Source: Naegleria gruberi (taxonomy: Eukaryota). From it: a DNA stretch of 64,000 nucleotides. The position numbers were made by a program, and so were the translations under genes. Numbering within the stretch: position 1 is the first letter of the stretch; each line of letters opens with the position of its first letter. The notes beneath the pieces are model-generated. The model ran no database searches and was not told the DNA's origin. It saw nothing but the letters and a program-made list of their open reading frames with translations. Shown here piece by piece: positions 23,068 through 31,854 of this stretch. Where the stretch lies: the NCBI GenBank assembly GCA_000004985.1, contig GG738858.1, one strand, 5' to 3'.

Positions 23068-24189
23068 GCTAAGAAGCCTCAAGATATTGACTCCTCTTCA
23101 TCTGATGAAGATCTCCCAGCAGTTGAAGTAGAATACCCCACAACACCAGTGAAAGCAAGAAAACAACAAGCTGCTAAGAAGCTTAGAAAGTTAAAGGCCA
23201 TGTCACCTGTAGCTAATAGAAATAAGCGCAAACAATCTACTTCAGTTTCATCATCTAACAGTGCCTTAGATGATGGTATTTCAACTGTTGTTTCCAGTTC
23301 GTTGCTAAGCAATTCAACTTTGTTGGATAGTTCTTCAACTGCACCCTCTTCGTCAAACAATTCGTCTTCTTCCAATTCAGGTAGAGATAGTTTTGCCAGT
23401 AGTTCATCTGAACATGATATCATGGCGATCAAAGCCCAAATGCAAGAAATGATTGGAGTTTTGAGAACCGTAACAGGAAATATCTCTGAACTTACTAAGA
23501 AAGTTCAGGAGAGAGAAGAAGAATCAGATGATGATTTTGTTAATCCAGAAGCTATATCTCCAGAAGTTTGGTTACGTCAAACTTATAGAGACCTTAGAAG
23601 TTCTTACAATGTTCCTTCATCTATTGGAGATGATTTATTACTTTCTGCAGTATCCTCCGAGATACTTAAAGACCGTAAACAAGAGGAGACCAAGAGAAGA
23701 ATTCAATATTTGCTCCTTAAATACAAGGATGTGATTTCCAAGTTTGCCCCAGACATTAGATTGGATGAGATTAACAGTATTGGTTATTCTAAACTAGTAG
23801 AGTTAACTCAAATCAAAATTGAATTGTTGGAATATGCATTGAATTCTCCACTTGATTTTACAGTCATGACAGAGATTACAGAACTTTGTAGAATGATTTG
23901 CAAAGTTGAAGCCCTCTTCCTTAAAGAAGGTTTACAAGTTTCCACTTTCGATGTTGGTAGAGAATTCCTTAACAGATACATTTCTACTAATAGTTTCGAA
24001 ACTGCTGCCGAAAGTGAACTTCATAATATTAGAACAACATATCATTACTACAAAGCAACCAAGCAGCAACAAGGTCCAAAGGGAATTACCAAGAAGTATT
24101 CTAAGAAGAAACCGTTTCAAAAGAAAAACAATAAGGGTCAAGGAAACGGTGGTAAATTCCAAGGAAAAGATAAGGATAAGTCAGAATGA
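23062..24189 (+). CDS. Retroelement ORF1 (Gag-like; Ser-rich N-terminus, coiled-coil, basic C-terminus)
   Basis: ATG inside repeat A1. 375 aa. A basic KKYSKKKPFQKKNNKGQGNGGKFQGK tail is typical of nucleic-acid-binding Gag. Confidence 0.6.
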   Translation: MVAKKPQDIDSSSSDEDLPAVEVEYPTTPVKARKQQAAKKLRKLKAMSPVANRNKRKQSTSVSSSNSALDDGISTVVSSSLLSNSTLLDSSSTAPSSSNNSSSSNSGRDSFASSSSEHDIMAIKAQMQEMIGVLRTVTGNISELTKKVQEREEESDDDFVNPEAISPEVWLRQTYRDLRSSYNVPSSIGDDLLLSAVSSEILKDRKQEETKRRIQYLLLKYKDVISKFAPDIRLDEINSIGYSKLVELTQIKIELLEYALNSPLDFTVMTEITELCRMICKVEALFLKEGLQVSTFDVGREFLNRYISTNSFETAAESELHNIRTTYHYYKATKQQQGPKGITKKYSKKKPFQKKNNKGQGNGGKFQGKDKDKSE

Positions 24190-26062
24190 CTCTTCCACTC
24201 CCTCCTTCCAAGGAGGAAGATTACAACAGTTTTGGAAAAAGTGGCAAATCTTCCCCAAAACTGTTGCAGAATGGATAAGAGAGGGTATTCCAATCCATTC
24301 AGAAAAAGAAAAATGGATCGATATTCCACTAAGATCTCATTTTTCAGAAAAGGAAGATTCATGGTTAAAGAGCGAAATCTCAGATTTACTCAAAACCAAT
24401 ATTATAGAAATTGGAAACAAGGACACTGTCATAAATCCGATTCACGTGGTTCCGAAGAAAGGCAAAGACCAGTTTCGTCTAATCCTAGATTTGAGATCCA
24501 TAAATGCTGGTATAAACAACGACTCATTCAAAATGGATCATATTCACAAAACTCTAAAGTTTCTATCAAAAGACATGTTAGGAATCAAAATAGATTTGAT
24601 GAAAGGTTATCATCACGTTCCAGTGAAGGAAACAGATCGAAAGTTATTGGGATTCAGGTACAACGGCCAGATTTACCATTACAAGTGCCTACCATTCGGT
24701 CTGAACATTGCTCCAAGATTATTCTCCAAGATAATGAAGGTCTTAGTTCAAAGATGGAGAGTAAGAGGAATCTCGGTATTCATTTATTTAGACGATATCT
24801 TAGTGGTAAATCATTCAAAAGATCAGTTGATCTTAGACAGAGATATAGTTCTAAAGGATTTAGAAGAGTTTGGATTCCTCATTCAAAAAGACAAATGTTG
24901 TTTAAATCCAACTCAATTAATAGAATACCTAGGAGTTTTGTTAGACTTTCATCAAGGTTTGGTAAAAATTCCAGAAGACAAAAGGATTACAGCTTTAGAA
25001 TTCATAGAGGAGCTACTCAATGCTTCCCAGAAACGGCTTTATGTTCCATGCAAGAGAGTTGCCAAGTTCCTAGGAAAGTTGGAATTTCTAACAATTGCCA
25101 ACAAGTACCTTTCACCATTCATGTGTCGTCTTCGAAAGAACATGGTTTCAGTAGTATCAGGAAGAGGTTGGCACGCATCAATGCAAATTCACAAAGGCGC
25201 ATTCAAGGATTTATTGATTCTAAGGGAGTTAATTCAAAAGAACGATGGTCATCCGTTCGAATTGGATTGGATTCTCCCAGTGATTGTGAATTCAGATGCA
25301 ACACCTCAAGGTTTCGGCATTCACTCAGGTTCAATCGTTACTGTTGGAAAGTTCAATGGAGAAGAGCACATCAATGTCAAGGAACTAAGAGCCTTACTGC
25401 TTTATTTCAAACAAGCAGACGAATTAAATCTTTATCCAGATTTCACAAATTTCGAATTGAGAGTAGACAACATGGTAGCCGTGGCATATCTAAAGAAGGG
25501 TTATGGATCAAAAGACGATCTCGCAAAGATAGCAAGAGACATCTCAAAGATTCTAATGAGAAGAAATTGGTGGATTTGCAAAGTGATTTACATCCCATCC
25601 AAACAGAATTTCCTAGCAGACAGGTTGAGTCGATTGATGGATTGGGGATCCACCAAGGAACTAATCGAATTAGTCAACCAAGAATTTGGAATACACCATG
25701 TGGACAGATTTGCAACAACGAGTTCGGCAACTACCCTTGTATTCAATTCATGGAAAGAGAACGACGCGTTCAAAAGTCTTTGGGAAAAAGAACTAGTGAG
25801 TTATTGTGTTCCTCCAATAGGATTGATCAGTCAAGCTCTCATTCATCTTATCAAATCCAGATCAATAGCGACATTTGTAATTCCAGAATGGAGCTCCTCG
25901 ATTTGGTGGCCTCTACTCTTAAAGCTATTAAAGAAGAGAAAAAGTATCACAAGAAGGATGCTTTTAATCAAACTATTATCCGAATTATGGATCAAATTCG
26001 AAGGAACGACGTTCATAATTGCTCATCTGGATGGAAACTTATACTTCAAACCAGAGATTTAG
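23906..26062 (+). CDS. Retroelement pol ORF: reverse transcriptase, RNase H, and the DIRS-type C-terminal HVDRFAT..PP..WW domain
   Basis: The RT motif is FIYLDDILVVNHS (YxDD). The RNase H motif is NFLADRLSR. The C-terminal segment has HVDRFATTSSATTLVFNSW..YCVPPIGLI..PEWSSSIWWP. The frame is open from 23906 with a TTG in the track. The first ATG is at ~23951. It overlaps gag by ~280 nt, so expression is by frameshift or internal start. Confidence 0.75.
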   Translation: MKPSSLKKVYKFPLSMLVENSLTDTFLLIVSKLLPKVNFIILEQHIITTKQPSSNKVQRELPRSILRRNRFKRKTIRVKETVVNSKEKIRISQNDSSTPSFQGGRLQQFWKKWQIFPKTVAEWIREGIPIHSEKEKWIDIPLRSHFSEKEDSWLKSEISDLLKTNIIEIGNKDTVINPIHVVPKKGKDQFRLILDLRSINAGINNDSFKMDHIHKTLKFLSKDMLGIKIDLMKGYHHVPVKETDRKLLGFRYNGQIYHYKCLPFGLNIAPRLFSKIMKVLVQRWRVRGISVFIYLDDILVVNHSKDQLILDRDIVLKDLEEFGFLIQKDKCCLNPTQLIEYLGVLLDFHQGLVKIPEDKRITALEFIEELLNASQKRLYVPCKRVAKFLGKLEFLTIANKYLSPFMCRLRKNMVSVVSGRGWHASMQIHKGAFKDLLILRELIQKNDGHPFELDWILPVIVNSDATPQGFGIHSGSIVTVGKFNGEEHINVKELRALLLYFKQADELNLYPDFTNFELRVDNMVAVAYLKKGYGSKDDLAKIARDISKILMRRNWWICKVIYIPSKQNFLADRLSRLMDWGSTKELIELVNQEFGIHHVDRFATTSSATTLVFNSWKENDAFKSLWEKELVSYCVPPIGLISQALIHLIKSRSIATFVIPEWSSSIWWPLLLKLLKKRKSITRRMLLIKLLSELWIKFEGTTFIIAHLDGNLYFKPEI

Positions 26063-26967
26063 GGATGTTGGTTTCGATTAAGGAAGAAACCTTCAAACTT
26101 TACACTAGAAACTATAATGGTTTCTTATGGTTTATTACTGCATTCAATATTTCAATGGATGACCCTTATGCTATTGAGTATTATGCAGCTTATCTTACAA
26201 TTCAAGGTCAAACATCTCGTGTTGAAGCCTTGAGACCATCCCTTCAATTTTGGGCCAATATTGAGAGAAGAGTTTTTCCAATTTCATGGTCTTATGATAA
26301 GATTAAAAGAGGAATTACTCTTATTTGGTCCTTGATTGATAGAAAAGCTTTGAAACGTGATCCAATTTTCTATCATCATATTGAAGGTTTCATTCAGAGA
26401 AAAGATCATTATGATCCTTTCATTTTCAAACTCACTAGTGCCATGTTAGTCATTGGTTTCAGACTTTTCGCTAGACCAGGTGAATTAGCTAGACTCAAGT
26501 GGGGTTATGTTACAAAGCTTAGAAATGGTAACATCAAATTAGATCTCAGTGGTCACAAAACAGATTTCTTTCTACTAGAAAAGCCGATTACTATTGACAA
26601 GCATCTTGAAAATCCTTCAGTGTGTCCAGTGAAATTGCTTTTTGATTACATAGACACTGTACAGCATTTCAAAAAAGCAGATTCACCATTGTTTTCATTG
26701 CAGGACAATATTTTCTTCAACACTGAAGATGTTTCTCAACTTATCAAGAATGCTATGTTCTCTGTTGATTCAGAAATCACTGTTTCTGGTCACAGTTTAC
26801 GTATTGGTGCAACTACTGAGAGTATTATCAAGGGAATTCCTACTCAGGATATTATTATGGGGACTAGACATAAGGATGTGAAATCTTTACAACCTTATCA
26901 AAGACAAGAAGCTCTTGCAGCTCGCCACTTGTCTACTACTCTCCTTTCTCGGGACAATATCCATTAG
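24232..26967 (+). CDS. Retroelement ORF with a C-terminal tyrosine recombinase domain (~26063..26967); its N-terminal 1.8 kb is an overprinted open frame over pol
   Basis: The C-terminal 300 aa contain ARPGELARL, GHSLRIGATT (HxxR) and a downstream Tyr, as in DIRS/Ngaro YRs. The upstream part is a 600-codon stop-free frame overlapping the RT frame. It translates as R/S/K-rich low complexity. Confidence 0.55.
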   Translation: MEKVANLPQNCCRMDKRGYSNPFRKRKMDRYSTKISFFRKGRFMVKERNLRFTQNQYYRNWKQGHCHKSDSRGSEERQRPVSSNPRFEIHKCWYKQRLIQNGSYSQNSKVSIKRHVRNQNRFDERLSSRSSEGNRSKVIGIQVQRPDLPLQVPTIRSEHCSKIILQDNEGLSSKMESKRNLGIHLFRRYLSGKSFKRSVDLRQRYSSKGFRRVWIPHSKRQMLFKSNSINRIPRSFVRLSSRFGKNSRRQKDYSFRIHRGATQCFPETALCSMQESCQVPRKVGISNNCQQVPFTIHVSSSKEHGFSSIRKRLARINANSQRRIQGFIDSKGVNSKERWSSVRIGLDSPSDCEFRCNTSRFRHSLRFNRYCWKVQWRRAHQCQGTKSLTALFQTSRRIKSLSRFHKFRIESRQHGSRGISKEGLWIKRRSRKDSKRHLKDSNEKKLVDLQSDLHPIQTEFPSRQVESIDGLGIHQGTNRISQPRIWNTPCGQICNNEFGNYPCIQFMERERRVQKSLGKRTSELLCSSNRIDQSSSHSSYQIQINSDICNSRMELLDLVASTLKAIKEEKKYHKKDAFNQTIIRIMDQIRRNDVHNCSSGWKLILQTRDLGMLVSIKEETFKLYTRNYNGFLWFITAFNISMDDPYAIEYYAAYLTIQGQTSRVEALRPSLQFWANIERRVFPISWSYDKIKRGITLIWSLIDRKALKRDPIFYHHIEGFIQRKDHYDPFIFKLTSAMLVIGFRLFARPGELARLKWGYVTKLRNGNIKLDLSGHKTDFFLLEKPITIDKHLENPSVCPVKLLFDYIDTVQHFKKADSPLFSLQDNIFFNTEDVSQLIKNAMFSVDSEITVSGHSLRIGATTESIIKGIPTQDIIMGTRHKDVKSLQPYQRQEALAARHLSTTLLSRDNIH

Positions 26968-27103
26968 TTTATTTATTGTTGGTTTTCTTTTAAGAAACAT
27001 GTTCTTATCGAAGTTTACTGAGATAAAGTAGTGTTTCTTGAAAACAACAATTGAATAAACTAATAATAGAAAGTATGCTCAAAAAAATTGTCATACTATG
27101 GTC
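26957..27103 (+). repeat. Internal B1 (26957..27000) and A2 (26999..27103) junction of the split direct repeats
   Basis: B1 equals B2 (27778..27821) and A2 equals A1. The B1/A2 abutment is the hallmark internal junction of Ngaro/PAT-like elements. Confidence 0.8.
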
Positions 27104-27777
27104 CCACCCTTGCCCACCCTCTATTATTATTAGTTTATTCAAATCAAAGGTTCTAACCTTTGTCCTTAATACTTTGGAATGTGATTTTTTAACCAATCCT
27201 CAAATATTTTCTCAATTGATTGAAAGATTTCACTCTATTTGTATTATTGAAAGATGATTGTTATCATCTTTTTATCTTTGTATTATTATTTGATATTTGA
27301 CATCATTTATTGATGTTTTTTATCATGATTGGTGATCTAAAACCAATTGTTGGTGATCTAAAACCGACAGATCAACTTTATGTTGATTAGAAGGTATCTG
27401 ATACCTTTCCCTTACTATTAGTAAGGCAATATGTACTGAACATACCTCTTTTCTCATTCTCGTTTTGATTCGTAAGTGTCAAGACGGTTGAGTAGGTTTT
27501 TTAATTCTTAACTTTTTAGTTTTTACCGATTTTTTTTTTTTTTCCTACAAGAGTAGGTTTTTTTATATGGGAGTTGTTTCTCCAAAAAACAACTTGGTTT
27601 ATTGTCAGATTGCTTTAATTTAGTTTAGTTTTTGCTTTTTGTTAAGAAATCATAGTATGATTGTATTGATTAGTTTATTTAATTTCTGGACCTGCTGAAT
27701 AAAGCTTAATGCCTAAAAACAGCAGTAACCAGGCTACAAACTACCTAAGAATAGGTAGAAGTTGTAGTGTGAGCTTT

Positions 27778-27821
27778 ATATCCATTAGTTTATTTATTGT
27801 TGGTTTTCTTTTAAGAAACAT
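27778..27821 (+). repeat. Split direct repeat B2 (element 3' terminus)
   Basis: A 44-bp copy identical to 26957..27000. Confidence 0.8.
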
Positions 27822-27878
27822 ATCAACTGATGGGTAAAAACCACAAACAAACCAACTAGCTGTGACCTTTCAAAAAAA

Positions 27879-29813
27879 ATGCAAAGACCAAACATTTCAC
27901 AGGATTTAGAGTCTCACATTTCCAGCAGCACATCAACAGCTTCATTTTCCAACTTACCTTACGTTAATTCAGAGAAACATCTAATCAAGTCAAATGTCAA
28001 TGGCAAGTCAAGATGTAATTTACCTACAATTCTCTTACTATTATTCATCCTCACAAGTTTGGTGATGATTTTTTATTTGACGTCCAAGCGAGGAGTAAGA
28101 GGAGAAGCCAGAGTATTCCCTGTCACTTATCTAGATGTCGATTTCACAAATTCTGAAAATTTAAAACTCAACCGAGTGAGAGGTCTTTGTAAAATATTCT
28201 TATCAACCTATTATTTGTTTAATTATAATGAAAAATCACCTAATTATGTTCCACCAACAGTTATTGGTGCTGACGGTGCTCCTGAAGCAAAATATAGTAA
28301 GTTTGATGGTTGGCATTTAATTAGTGAAAATTGACATGTGAAATGTAAAGCTCATTGGAAGAAGATTGAGAGGACTTTTCAATTTTTATCGGGTGGAGAG
28401 TCTAACTATATTGATGATCATGATATTATTGTTTTCAGTGATGCAACAGATGTTTTATTCATCAATAATATTGAAAATGTCAAGAAAGTATACGAAACTT
28501 ACTATATCAAGGAAATTGCTAATATTGATTTGAAAGATAGTGAGAGAGATTGGCCTATTGTGTTTATTGCTGAAAAGAATAAGTGGCCACCAAATGATTT
28601 CATTCAAAATATGTTTACAGTAAGTGTTTCTAATAGAATTTACTAATTTTCTCGATTCATACTCTAGGAAGATTGTCATAATTATGTGGGGGTGGGTGGG
28701 TCGTGAAAAAAGGATGTCCATAATTACGTGGTCCAGAGTGGGTCAGAAAGTAGAGCAGAGCAAAAAACAAAAATTGGCAAAAGTAGAGCCGAAGGTTTAT
28801 TAGCCAAGAGTGAGACAGTGTTCAAAGTATCAATTATCACTTGTTCTGCTAGCAACAAGTACTTCTGGGTTCTTGATTGTTTGTGTACCAACAACTTTGG
28901 GCAGGCATTCATCTAGATTGTTATGGTTGAATGTGCTATGGCTGATGTGGAAGGAAGCAAAGGGAGAACTCTCCTCCTGGTACTGATGAAGGTTGGTAGT
29001 TAGCAGGGTGATGAAATCATGAGTAATTGTTGTTTGTTGTTTTTTTTTGTTGAATATAACGGTCAGAACATTCAACTTTCAGCGGTAACATGTTTGGTAG
29101 TGTGAAAAAACTCACATGCAGTGGCCAGGATTTGTTGGGACGATCTTACAGTGAGGTTGGGTGGGTCAAAAAGTGAGGGTCGTAATGACAATCTTCCCTA
29201 TTAGAAAACACCTGAGGAGGAGAATATGGTCGAAAAATACTACTATGACATTAATGGCTATAGAGTTAAGAGAAATTGTGCATCAGCAAATGATAGAATT
29301 TATTTAAATAGTGGACTTTACGTTGGAAGAAAACGTGATATTAGAAAGGCACTTTCCATTGGATTGAATGTGAAAAGAGGTGAACCAAAGGAAAGAATTG
29401 AAGATCAAGCGCTATTCCAATACATTTATGCCACCAATAAGTATCCAATTCTTATGGATTGTGAAAAGAAAATGTTTTACAGTCCATTCTCAGCTTGTGA
29501 TACAATTGTTAGTGAGGAAGAGAAGAAGTGGTCGTGTTCTATTCGTGATGGTCAGGAGGAGACACCAGATAGTGTTGTCTACGTTCATTCAAATGGTGGA
29601 TTTTGTTATTCACTTTGTAATTGTTTCACTTCAATGAAACAAAAAGGAATGTTCAAGAATTTAATGGAACAGTATCAGGACAAGTTGAGTTTCAAGTCGT
29701 ATGATATTAATTCTAGAAAAGTGAGAAGTGTTTTGATGAAATATGCTTGTGGACACTTTGTTGATGAAGATTTCGCTTTGGATTCATGTAATACTCAACC
29801 TCCTCCTGCTTAG
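27879..29813 (+). CDS. Type-II membrane protein (signal-anchor TILLLLFILTSLVMIFYL), possible Golgi glycosyltransferase-like protein; 3-exon model
   Basis: Exon 1 is 27879..28296 (TAT A|gtaagt). The 54-nt intron is 28297..28350 (..taaag) and removes the in-frame TGA at 28332. Exon 2 is 28351..28619 (ACA|gtaagt, phase 0). Intron 2 is 28620..29204 and contains a ~530-bp MITE. Its original sequence would be ~55 nt and ends ctattag. Exon 3 is 29205..29813 (KTPEEENMVEKYYYD...). Exon 3 linkage is inferred from phase compatibility only. Confidence 0.4.
28667..29198. mobile_element. Non-autonomous TIR element (MITE, ~530 bp) with 13-14-bp TIRs GGAAGATTGTCAT.../...ATGACAATCTTCC flanked by TA; Tc1/mariner-Stowaway-like
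   Basis: Left end reads cTA|GGAAGATTGTCATAA and right end reads TAATGACAATCTTCC(C)|TAtta. Interior GC content is higher than the flanks. There is no long ORF. It lies inside the putative second intron of the 27879..29813 gene. Confidence 0.4.
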
Positions 29814-29840
29814 ATAAAAAGATTTGTTTGATAAAAGGAA

Positions 29841-29928
29841 GGGTGGTACGTGGATCGAACACGTGACCATCGGATGTCTCCTGCAATTAACTTTGCAATC
29901 CGGTGCTCTACCGCTGAGCTAACCGCCC
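29841..29928 (-). tRNA. tRNA-Cys(GCA) with a 17-nt intron at the canonical 37/38 position
   Basis: Minus-strand read: GGGCGGT-TA-GCTC-AGCGGTA-GAGC-A-CCGGA-TTGCAA[AGTTAATTGCAGGAGAC]A-TCCGA-TGGTC-ACGTG-TTCGATC-CACGT-ACCACCC. T-arm is perfect. Acceptor has 6 of 7 pairs. Anticodon is GCA. The intron contains TTGCA, self-complementary to the anticodon loop. ORF 30154..30351 and others nearby are spurious. Confidence 0.7.
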
Positions 29929-30242
29929 TTGTGTTGCAGTCATAAAATATTAACTTATTGCTGTTAGCATTTATTAAGGTTAAATTGTATTGATGAACAA
30001 TTTATTGTGCTCCCTATGATTTTTCTTCTTGTTAACCATCATTCTCACTATTTTCCCAATCATATTGAGCTAGTAATTCTGTAATCTTTTCGTGTAATTA
30101 AAAAATTAGGAAAAGCTATCATCACACCATGCCATGGATGGCTGGCCTGTTTATCAGGAGGAATCAGTAATTCCTTTATTCACAGAGGCACCACTCTGGT
30201 CCAACTCTGCTGATAGTAATAAAGAATAAGAAAAAAGGTTAG

Positions 30243-30315
30243 CTCCCCCTGGTGGGCTCGAACCACCGACCTGCAGATTAACAGTCTGACGCTCTACCGA
30301 CTGAGCTAAGGGGGA
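30243..30315 (-). tRNA. tRNA-Asn(GUU)
   Basis: Minus-strand read: TCCCCCT-TA-GCTC-AGTCGGTA-GAGC-G-TCAGA-CTGTTAA-TCTGC-AGGTC-GGTGG-TTCGAGC-CCACC-AGGGGGA-G. Canonical cloverleaf with anticodon GTT. No intron. Confidence 0.85.
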
Positions 30316-30375
30316 TATATCGTTCCAAAAAATTTTATCATTAAAAGCCAAATTATATTAAGGAACCTTTTTTAT

Positions 30376-30750
30376 TCACAACAAGGAAGCCAAACAAGCC
30401 CTATTAATTCTCTGATTATTTCTAGCAAATGTTGATTCTTCATAAAGCTTGCTATTCTTATCAGCTCCACTCAACGTAAAATCAGATTGTTTAGCTAAAA
30501 ATTCAACAAAAGCTTCCTCACTAGCAAACTTTTCAATCGGATCAAAATCACATCCATCATTACAATAAGCCAATACATATTCCGAATTTTCATAAAACAA
30601 CGCCAATCCACAATAATCACGATGATTATTAACAATGTTCTTTCCGGAAACCAAAGCTTTTGCAACTTTAAGAGCAAATTCACTTCCGTATTCAACATTG
30701 GAGAGTTGGGCAATTCTCTCATCAGAGCACCAAGCATGTTCGTTCGTCAT
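30376..30750 (-). CDS. Hypothetical 124-aa protein
   Basis: ATG confirmed at 30750. A clean ORF between the tRNAs and the G-alpha region. No domain recognized. Confidence 0.4.
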   Translation of the reverse strand: MTNEHAWCSDERIAQLSNVEYGSEFALKVAKALVSGKNIVNNHRDYCGLALFYENSEYVLAYCNDGCDFDPIEKFASEEAFVEFLAKQSDFTLSGADKNSKLYEESTFARNNQRINRACLASLL

Positions 30751-31854
30751 TTTTTTTCTTTAATTGAAGTGGTTGTAAGTACTAAATGTTGATGTATTTT
30801 TTTTAAAGTTCCTAAGGTAAAGTTGCGCAAACATTTTAAATACCTTTTTAAGGTGAGAAGTTCAAATATAGAATTTTTATTGGGAAAGGAAAATTTAATG
30901 AGAAGTGAAATTGGTTGATGATTTATGTAACTTTGAGAAGAATTTTTTCTCAACGAGTAAACTATCTTTTAGACCCTTTATGTTACAGGAAGAGTTCCAA
31001 AAGTTCCAAGAATTTCATCCATGTGCTTTTTTACAATTTGATATATGTCAACAAGAGCTGAAATTACCAATTCGACTGTTTTCGTACAAAGCAAAATGGG
31101 GGGTTCCAGAACCTTCTATTGGTGGTTCCAATGTAAAGTTTTGAATTCTGGAAATCTCTTAATAAAACCTCTCAATTTCTTAAAATCTTACAACCAAACT
31201 TTGCTTTTCGTTTATTATCATGCATGAGATTGAAGGATAGAATACCAGAATTTCATTAATTAATCATGATTACACTCACGATCACAAATTCGTTCAATAC
31301 AATCAGATGTTGATCATGTGTTAGCCATGATGGTGATTAATCATGCCCGATCTCGATTCTTTAATCAAAATTCTGACCCGTATCATGTTAGTAAGGTTAT
31401 GCTGTGGTGTTGAATAGTAACCATTACCTGCTGTTGAGGAATCGAATCGTGTATAATAAGGTATAGAAAGCCACAAGAGAAGTTATGTTGAATTCATTAG
31501 TAATATTACTAATAATAATATTAATGTATTGTCAAGTTGTAACTCTTTGATTTGTTTCATTATTGGAAACTCTCTAGAATTAATAAAAGGTCCTTGATTC
31601 TACTTCTTCAGTAAACTCAATAGGGAAATAATGGCCTTATTTGTTTTGGTTGTTGGACCCAAATTTCAATTCATCAATAACATTAGTAGGAACCAACATC
31701 TTGGAGAAGAATTTCAACAATATGAAAGCATGAAAGTTCTGAATTGAAAATATGAGATCTTATCGGATAGATAATGCAGAACTTTACTGAACTCGTTCAT
31801 TTCAAGTAACGAAACTGACTGTTGACAGGGTTTAGTCTGTTAAAAAAAAAGAAC

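Larger units (their letters stand above)
22963..27821 (+). mobile_element. Intact tyrosine-recombinase retrotransposon of the DIRS order with split direct repeats (Ngaro/PAT-like: A1-gag-RT/RH-YR-B1A2-tail-B2)
   Basis: A 105-bp repeat A occurs at 22963..23067 and 26999..27103 and is identical in the part I compared. A 44-bp repeat B occurs at 26957..27000 and 27778..27821. B1 abuts A2. Three ORFs lie between them: gag, RT/RNase H with IYLDDILV and ADRLSR, and a C-terminal tyrosine recombinase with R..HxxR..Y residues. Confidence 0.8.

Noticed and set aside
24232-26000. N-terminal 590 aa of the 911-aa ORF treated as an independent cellular gene
   Set aside because: It is an overlapping frame inside the retroelement pol gene with R/S/K-rich low-complexity translation. 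Only the C-terminal recombinase part is credible protein.
28332-28334. In-frame TGA between ORFs 27879..28334 and 28338..28646, read as a selenocysteine or readthrough codon
   Set aside because: A strong GTAAGT donor and an AG acceptor define a 54-nt intron that removes it. The intron size matches the other introns here, and no SECIS-like element was evident.
30154-30351. Minus-strand 65-aa ORF
   Set aside because: It overlaps the tRNA-Asn gene. The tRNA cloverleaf explains the conservation-like sequence.
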